Source: an uncultured bacterium (lineage in GTDB: Bacteria > Cyanobacteriota > Cyanobacteriia > Cyanobacteriales > Nostocaceae). Taken from it: a stretch of 64,000 bases of DNA. The notes below the pieces were generated by a model, which was not told the origin of the DNA, made no database searches, and saw only the letters and a program-made list of their open reading frames with translations. Positions 58,181 to 64,000 of the stretch are shown here, piece after piece. Positions within the stretch are counted from its first letter, which is position 1; every line of letters begins with the position of its first letter. The stretch lies in assembly GCA_964246695.1 (NCBI GenBank), contig CAXTSI010000002.1, positions 2,690 through 66,689 of the forward strand. Direction: 5' to 3'. The position numbers and the translations under genes were made by a program.

Positions 58181-58509
58181 ACAAAGTTCCCATTGGTATG
58201 AAATAGCCTACTTTTCTGATATTGTTTTCTTAACGTTAAACAATTTTGTGGAGATTAGAAAATAATCGCATACAATTTATTTTTCCCAACTCTACCTTTT
58301 GAAGGATATAGGCTGATAAACCTTGAAGATACTACAAAAAAATGTATCCTTTGTTACTTTTTATCTTAAACAAATGAGTGTGGTGTTGGCATTTCCCCTG
58401 TCAGCGGTATGCGAATGCTCGTAGTGATGAAGCTAGTTTCCCTAAAATCATAAATGTATAAAACTTTACAATACATTCATAGACTTTATTTGATGGAGGA
58501 AGCCGTTAA

Positions 58510-59376
58510 ATGAACATGAACGGCAAAAGCAAAATTCCAGAACTGTTGAAAAATTCCAAATCGGAACTTTTAGCAAACTGGCTTGAGACGCAGCAGGCTG
58601 CTGGAATCCGCAGCGATTTAATCAAAGAAAAACAACTACAGGAGGAGTGCAACGAATTTTTGGATCTGCTGAGTCAGGCGGCACAGCAGGGTAACTTGAC
58701 CGACATTCAAACCTCTGAGTGGCGGTCCGTGCGAGAAATGCTAGCCACGATTTCCCGCATGCGAAGTCAAAAAGGCTTTACCCCCACTGAAACGGCAACC
58801 TTTGTATTCTCGTTTAAGCAACCGTTATTCGCCCTTTTGCGTCAGGAATTTGCTGAAGATAGTGCTACCCTAGTGGAAGAAACTTGGTTAGCAACAACCC
58901 TGTTGGATCGGCTGGGGCTGTTGACCATTGAGAGTTATCAGAAAGCGCGGGAAGAGGTGATATTTCGGCAGCAAGAGGAGTTGATGGAACTCTCAACCCC
59001 TGTTGTTAAGCTATGGGAAGGCATTTTAGCCCTGCCGATCATCGGCACTTTGGATAGTGCCCGCACGCAAGTTGTGATGGAGTCACTGTTGCAGCGGATT
59101 GTCGAAACGGGGGCAGAAGTTGCTATCATTGATATAACTGGAGTACCAACGGTAGATACCCTCACGGCTCAACATTTACTAAAAACCATTACAGCGGCGC
59201 GTTTAATGGGGGCAGATTGCATCATTAGCGGCATTCGCCCTCAGATTGCTCAAACCATAGTTTATCTAGGTGTCGATCTGGCAGATGTGCAGACGAAGTC
59301 TTCCCTGGCAGATGCCTTTTTGCTGGCATTAAAGCGCACTGGGTTTGCAATCAGCCGACCGCAGACGCGATCGTAG
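58510..59376 (+). CDS. RsbR-like stressosome sensor (N-terminal helical sensor domain plus C-terminal STAS)
   Basis: 288 aa. '...TPVVKLWEGILALPIIGTLDSARTQVVMESLLQRIVETGAEVAIIDITGVPTVDTLTAQHLL' is the RsbR-type STAS. Confidence 0.8.
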   Translation: MNMNGKSKIPELLKNSKSELLANWLETQQAAGIRSDLIKEKQLQEECNEFLDLLSQAAQQGNLTDIQTSEWRSVREMLATISRMRSQKGFTPTETATFVFSFKQPLFALLRQEFAEDSATLVEETWLATTLLDRLGLLTIESYQKAREEVIFRQQEELMELSTPVVKLWEGILALPIIGTLDSARTQVVMESLLQRIVETGAEVAIIDITGVPTVDTLTAQHLLKTITAARLMGADCIISGIRPQIAQTIVYLGVDLADVQTKSSLADAFLLALKRTGFAISRPQTRS

Positions 59377-59393
59377 GGAGGCGCGCAGGTGTT

Positions 59394-59780
59394 ATGGAAC
59401 GGATCCCAATCCTTCAGATCGGCGAGTTACTACTTGTGACGATTCAGGTAGATATGCACGATCGCTTGGCGATGACCTTACAAGAAGACCTGACCAACCG
59501 GATTGTTGCAACCAGTGCCCACGGAGTCCTGATTGACATTTCATCTCTAGAGATTGTTGATTCTTATATCGGACGTGTTTTGGGCAACATTGCTAAAATG
59601 TCGCAGGTCCTAGATGCCCAAACTGTGGTTGTCGGGATGCAGCCAGCAGTTGCCATAACTTTGGTAGAGCTAGGTTTATCCTTAAATGGCGTTCGCACGG
59701 CATTAAATGTTGAAAAAGGTATGGCTTTGCTGCACTCAGCGTTAGGTAAAGACGCACGGTCTGGCGTCTGGGAACCATAA
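59394..59780 (+). CDS. RsbS-like STAS-domain protein (stressosome scaffold/antagonist)
   Basis: 'IPILQIGELLLVTIQVDMHDRLAMTLQEDL...VLIDISSLEIVDSYIGRVL' is a single STAS domain with a conserved Ser context. Confidence 0.8.
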   Translation: MERIPILQIGELLLVTIQVDMHDRLAMTLQEDLTNRIVATSAHGVLIDISSLEIVDSYIGRVLGNIAKMSQVLDAQTVVVGMQPAVAITLVELGLSLNGVRTALNVEKGMALLHSALGKDARSGVWEP

Positions 59781-59784
59781 GGGA

Positions 59785-60195
59785 ATGCAGATAGGTATGC
59801 CGGGTCATAAAACCATGAGCATTACGAGATCGGCAGATATTGTTCTGGTGCGACAGGCGGTGCGGCAGTTAGCTGTAGATTTGAAATTTAGCCTGGTAGA
59901 CCAAACTAAGATTGTCACGGCAGCGAGTGAGCTTGCCCGTAACACGCTAGATTATGGAGGTGGGGGGACGGTAACACTATTCGCCTTGGAGTCAGGTATT
60001 CGTTTGGGGCTGCAGCTGATCTTTGAAGACCAAGGACCGGGAATTCCAGATGTTGAGTTGGCGCTGAAAGACGGCTTCACTACAGGGGGTGGATTAGGCA
60101 TGGGGCTAGGCGGCGCTAAACGGTTGATGAACCAATTTGAGATTGTTTCCCATGTAGGAGTTGGCACCCGCATTACGGTTGTTAAGTGGAAGTAA
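59785..60195 (+). CDS. RsbT-like anti-sigma regulatory factor (GHKL Ser/Thr kinase)
   Basis: 'SITRSADIVLVRQAVRQLA...KIVTAASELARNTLDYGGGG...FEDQGPGIPD...GGLGMGLGGAKRLM'. The start is uncertain (59785, 59797 or 59815). Confidence 0.8.
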   Translation: MQIGMPGHKTMSITRSADIVLVRQAVRQLAVDLKFSLVDQTKIVTAASELARNTLDYGGGGTVTLFALESGIRLGLQLIFEDQGPGIPDVELALKDGFTTGGGLGMGLGGAKRLMNQFEIVSHVGVGTRITVVKWK

Positions 60196-60210
60196 CTGTC
60201 GCTTTGCTGC

Positions 60211-60246
60211 AATTAAAAATTAAAAATTAAAAATTAAAAATTAATT
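60211..60246. repeat. AATTAAA heptamer array
   Basis: Direct reading. Confidence 0.8.
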
Positions 60247-60270
60247 ATGTTTTTGCGGATGGGATGAGTG

Positions 60271-61284
60271 ATGAATAATGCTGTTGTTGTGTCCATATCA
60301 GAGTCTAGTCAGGCGGGTGAAGCGCGACGCATGGCACTGGCGCTTGCTACTCAGCTTGGCTTCAACGAAACTGAACGGGGGAAAGTTGGGATTGTCGTGA
60401 CTGAAGTTGCCAAAAATCTGGTACAACACGCTCTTAACGGTCTGCTGGTACTTCAGACGCTAGAAAAAAACAACCGGGTGGGGATTGAAATTCTCGCTTT
60501 GGATAATGGACCGGGGATGGAAAACGTCAGCATTTGCTTGCGCGATGGGTACTCTACAGCCAAAACTCTCGGCAATGGATTAGGGGCAATCAGCCGCCTA
60601 TCGGGGCTGTTCGATGTTCATTCGATTGTCGGATTGGGCACTGCTATCTTGGCGCAATTGTGGGCAAACCCCTCATTTAAGCCGGATCTCAGGGATAAAC
60701 TGGAGCATGGTGGGATCTGTCTGCCGATCGCGGGCGAAGCAGTATCTGGTGATGCTTGGGCAATTTCCCAATCTGCCGATCGCAGTTTACTGTTAGTGGC
60801 GGATGGGTTGGGGCATGGTCCGATGGCGGCTGACGCAGCAACAGCAGCCGTGAGGGTATTCCAAGAGAATGTCCACCGCAGCCCAAAAGAAATTGTTGAG
60901 GCGGTTCATCAAGCATTGCGGAGTACGCGGGGTGCGGCGATGGCAATCGCAGACATCAACTTTGAACAACAATCAGTACAGTTTGTGGGGATTGGCAACA
61001 TTTCTGCCACAGTACTTTCACCCACAGGTATCTCCCGAATGGTTTCCCATAATGGCACGGTTGGGCATGAGGTTCGCAAGATTCAGGCGTTTACCTACCC
61101 GTGGCATCCAGAGGGAATTTTGATCATGCACTCCGATGGGTTAGGCAGCCACTGGCAGTTGGATCGCTACTTGGGTTTAGCCGCCAAGCATCCCAGTATA
61201 ATTGCAGGTGTGTTATACCGAGATTTTAACCGTGGTCGAGATGATGTGACAGTAGTAGTCGCTCGAGAGGATACTCAATCATGA
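60271..61284 (+). CDS. Fusion of an RsbT/RsbW-like HATPase domain with a PP2C/SpoIIE phosphatase domain
   Basis: N-terminal 'SQAGEARRMALALA...VVTEVAKNLVQHA...LDNGPGM'. C-terminal 'GDAWAI...LLLVADGLGHGPMAA...MHSDGL' (PP2C metal-binding Asp contexts). Confidence 0.8.
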   Translation: MNNAVVVSISESSQAGEARRMALALATQLGFNETERGKVGIVVTEVAKNLVQHALNGLLVLQTLEKNNRVGIEILALDNGPGMENVSICLRDGYSTAKTLGNGLGAISRLSGLFDVHSIVGLGTAILAQLWANPSFKPDLRDKLEHGGICLPIAGEAVSGDAWAISQSADRSLLLVADGLGHGPMAADAATAAVRVFQENVHRSPKEIVEAVHQALRSTRGAAMAIADINFEQQSVQFVGIGNISATVLSPTGISRMVSHNGTVGHEVRKIQAFTYPWHPEGILIMHSDGLGSHWQLDRYLGLAAKHPSIIAGVLYRDFNRGRDDVTVVVAREDTQS

Positions 61285-63431
61285 CGCTAACGATCCTTAG
61301 CCTGGAAATTCGCTTTGAGCAAGATGTGGTGATGACGCGGCAACGCACTCGCCAAATTGCGGAAATATTGGGATTTGATGCTCAGGATCAAACTCGCATT
61401 GCTACAGCAGTCTCAGAAATTTCCCGCAATGCTTTTCAGTATGCTGGCGGCGGCAAAGTAGAATTTAGTATAGAAGATGACCAGTCAGGGTGCTTTATGA
61501 TTAGCGTTCGCGATCGAGGATTGGGGATTGCCAACCTGAAAACGATTCTAGATGGGCAGTACATTTCAGCCACGGGAATGGGATTAGGCATCATCGGCAC
61601 CCAGCGGTTGATGGATCGATTTCACATTGAGTCCGTTGCTGGACAGGGTACGACAGTGGTGATGGGAAAAAATTTGCCGAAGCGATCGCCCCAAGTGACT
61701 CAACTCCGGCTAGGGCAGATTACAGATGAGTTAGTTAGGAAGTCGCCCCAAAACCCGTTTGCGGAAATTCAGCGGCAGAATCAGGAATTACTTCACGCCC
61801 TAGAAGCACTACGTCAGAGGGAAGAAGAACTGCTGCAATTGAATCGAGAGCTAGAAGACACCAATCGCGGTGTTGTCTCTCTTTATGCCGAATTAGATGA
61901 AAAAGCTGATTCGCTGCAAAAGGCAAACGAACTCAAAACCCGCTTTCTCTCTAACATGAGTCATGAGTTTCGCACGCCGCTGAACTCTATTGTCTCTCTG
62001 TCGCGCATGTTGCTAGACCGCATGGATGGCGAACTCACACTAGAGCAAGAAAAACAAGTCACCTTCATTCGCAAAGCCGCTGAAAGTCTTTCCGATCTCG
62101 TCAATGACCTTTTGGATTTGGCAAAGGTCGAAGCAGGCAAGACAGTTGTTTATCCTAATACATTTGAAGTCAGCGATCTCTTCGCCACGTTAAGAGGGAT
62201 GCTGCGACCCCTGCTAGCATGCAATTCCTCAATTGCTCTGATTTTCGACATCCCAACCGACATCCCTACATTGTATACTGATGAAGGTAAGGTGGGGCAA
62301 ATTCTGAGAAACTTCATCTCTAACTCCCTAAAATACACAGAGCAAGGAGAGGTGCGGGTTTCAGCCGCGATTACAGGGGAGTTGATTACCTTCTCAGTTA
62401 CCGACACTGGTATTGGGATTGCTCCGGAATATCATGAGCGAATTTTTGAAGAATATGTCCAGATCGACTCGCCCTTACAAAAACGGACGAAAGGAACTGG
62501 GTTAGGATTACCGCTTTCACGACAGTTAGCCGAATTGCTAGGAGGTAGCGTTTCGGTCACCAGTGCTTTAGGAGTAGGTTCCACCTTCTGTGCGACGATC
62601 CCAATCACTTATTCCAACCTTAGCCTAGAGTCCTCTGTTCTCGATATCAGCCAGTTAGACCCAACTCGGTTACCCGTGTTAATTGTAGAAGATCAAGCTG
62701 AAACTCTTTTCACTTACCAAAAGTATTTCGAGGGTTCCATTTATCAAATTATCTCAGCCCAGACATTAGATCATGCAAAACAAGCGCTGGCTGCCTTCAA
62801 GCCGGTGGCGATTGTCTTAGACATTTTACTACAACAGCAGCATACCTGGACATTTCTTTCAGAGATGAAAGAGAATAGAGCTACTCAGGATATTCCGATT
62901 CTGGTTACTACCGTGGTTAATAACCAAACCAAAGCGATCGCCTTAGGAGCTAATGCTTTTTTAATCAAGCCTGTAGAAAGGTTACTGTTATTAAACACCC
63001 TCAATCGCTTGGTCAGAGGGAACCAACCGCAAACGCTGCTGCTGGTGGACGATGACCCGATTGCACGATACATCTTTAAAGACCTCCTGAACGACACCCA
63101 CTTCAACTTTCTCGAAGCAACCGATCTACACGAAGGCATCCGCTTAGCAACAGACCAACAACCTACTTGCATTATACTAGATTATACCATGCTCAAAGTC
63201 ACTGGGGTTGAAGTGCTAGACCAGCTAAAAAGCAATCCCAAGACTGCCCCCATTCCCGCGATCGTCCACACATCTCAAGTATTAGAAAAGGCAGAACAAG
63301 AAAACTTGGCGAAACGCACCGTTGCTATTCTTTCCAAAGAACACCCCTTGCAGTCAGAAGCAGCTGCCTTACTACACTCAGCCTTAATTAAAGCAGGACT
63401 ATCCTTTGAGAGCGGAATAAACCATGCCTGA
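61281..63431 (+). CDS. Hybrid sensor kinase: RsbT/W-like HATPase module, coiled coil, HisKA-HATPase_c and two receiver domains
   Basis: 'RIATAVSEISRNAFQYAGGG...RDRGLGI', 'SNMSHEFRTPLN' (H-box), 'NSLKYT', 'DTGIGI', 'GTGLGL'. Two REC-like segments ('VLIVEDQ', 'LLLVDDD...IILDYTM'). Confidence 0.85.
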   Translation: MTLTILSLEIRFEQDVVMTRQRTRQIAEILGFDAQDQTRIATAVSEISRNAFQYAGGGKVEFSIEDDQSGCFMISVRDRGLGIANLKTILDGQYISATGMGLGIIGTQRLMDRFHIESVAGQGTTVVMGKNLPKRSPQVTQLRLGQITDELVRKSPQNPFAEIQRQNQELLHALEALRQREEELLQLNRELEDTNRGVVSLYAELDEKADSLQKANELKTRFLSNMSHEFRTPLNSIVSLSRMLLDRMDGELTLEQEKQVTFIRKAAESLSDLVNDLLDLAKVEAGKTVVYPNTFEVSDLFATLRGMLRPLLACNSSIALIFDIPTDIPTLYTDEGKVGQILRNFISNSLKYTEQGEVRVSAAITGELITFSVTDTGIGIAPEYHERIFEEYVQIDSPLQKRTKGTGLGLPLSRQLAELLGGSVSVTSALGVGSTFCATIPITYSNLSLESSVLDISQLDPTRLPVLIVEDQAETLFTYQKYFEGSIYQIISAQTLDHAKQALAAFKPVAIVLDILLQQQHTWTFLSEMKENRATQDIPILVTTVVNNQTKAIALGANAFLIKPVERLLLLNTLNRLVRGNQPQTLLLVDDDPIARYIFKDLLNDTHFNFLEATDLHEGIRLATDQQPTCIILDYTMLKVTGVEVLDQLKSNPKTAPIPAIVHTSQVLEKAEQENLAKRTVAILSKEHPLQSEAAALLHSALIKAGLSFESGINHA

Positions 63432-64000
63432 ATCGCAGCCAGTGAGAATTTTGCACGTAGACGACAACGACGCTAACCGCTACATCGTCACCCGAATGCT
63501 GCAAAATGCTGGATACAAGGTGACGGAAGCTGCAACGGGTAAAGATGGGCTGGAATTAACATTAGCCCAAACACCAGATTTGATTATTTTGGATGTACAA
63601 CTGCCTGACCTAAGTGGCTTTGAAGTTTGTCAACGGATCAAAGCCAACCCGGAAACCGCCTTGATTCCTGTGCTGCATCTGTCTGCCACATTGACCAAGA
63701 GTCAAGATAAGGCGCAGGGGTTGGATGGAGGTGCAGATGGTTATCTAGCTCAACCAGTTGAGGCAATTGAGTTAATCGCCACTGTGAAAGCATTGCTGCG
63801 GATGCGGCAAGCAGAAACAAACCGCCGACAGGCAGAAGCCAACCTGCGATTTCTCAGTGAGGCGAGTGCTGTCCTAGCGGCAACACTTGACTACAAAACC
63901 ACTCTCAACAATCTAGCACGGCTAGTGGTGCCAATGCTAGCTAAATTCTGTGTTTTCGATCTGGTCAGCGATAATGGTACAATTGAGCGGGTAGCGTGGC
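63424..64000 (+). CDS. Response regulator (REC) with a further sensory/output domain, partial at the window edge
   Basis: Its ATG overlaps the previous stop (ATGCCTGA). 'ILHVDDNDANRYI...DLIILDVQLPDLSG...GADGYL', then 'LRFLSEASAVLAATLDYKTTLNNLARLVVPMLAKFCVFDL' (GAF-like start). Confidence 0.8.
   Translation, partial: MPESQPVRILHVDDNDANRYIVTRMLQNAGYKVTEAATGKDGLELTLAQTPDLIILDVQLPDLSGFEVCQRIKANPETALIPVLHLSATLTKSQDKAQGLDGGADGYLAQPVEAIELIATVKALLRMRQAETNRRQAEANLRFLSEASAVLAATLDYKTTLNNLARLVVPMLAKFCVFDLVSDNGTIERVAW

Overview
This window looks like chromosomal DNA from a filamentous, Nostocales-like cyanobacterium. The evidence is about 40% G+C on hand-counted lines, many HIP1 octamers (GCGATCGC), palindromic heptamer STRR arrays (AATTAGC/ATTAGCC, AATTAAA) at gene boundaries, and many small hairpin repeats and MITEs. 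**Housekeeping and ordinary genes:** GH15 hydrolase, pip, a GlsB-like protein, the rbp-rpsU pair, tmk, holB, tRNA-Gly(CCC), an ArsR-MFP-RND efflux operon, GST, an MFS transporter and two sensor kinases. **Accessory content, in window order:** (1) two tandem GTPase/DUF697-like paralogs. (2) A two-gene remnant or minimal mycosporine module, DDGS plus O-methyltransferase, with no ATP-grasp or ligase gene following. (3) An envelope-directed cluster of multi-domain trypsin-like protease-TPR proteins, a COP23 protein and a Ser/Thr kinase with a PPC ectodomain. (4) A roughly 11.7 kb mosaic on the 3' side of tRNA-Gly. It is built from decayed copies of the protease-TPR gene, toxin-antitoxin modules (Uma2, DUF4258/YgiT, HigBA, PIN), a broken and partly triplicated Rpn-like PD-(D/E)XK transposase, and a STAND-like AAA-WD40 gene hit twice by one MITE family with clean 4-bp target duplications. 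(5) A 574-aa TnpB-related protein that appears to lack the zinc ribbon and the third RuvC acidic residue. It is paired with a divergent 70-aa RHH-like ORF and ends 180 nt upstream of rbp-rpsU. I consider this the best candidate for an undescribed system, possibly RNA-guided and nuclease-dead. (6) A single-gene island of about 58% G+C encoding a PhtD-like decarboxylase. (7) An RsbR-RsbS-RsbT stressosome-type module wired to HATPase-PP2C, a HATPase-HK-REC-REC hybrid and a response regulator. All functional calls rest on motif recognition by eye. No database search was run.
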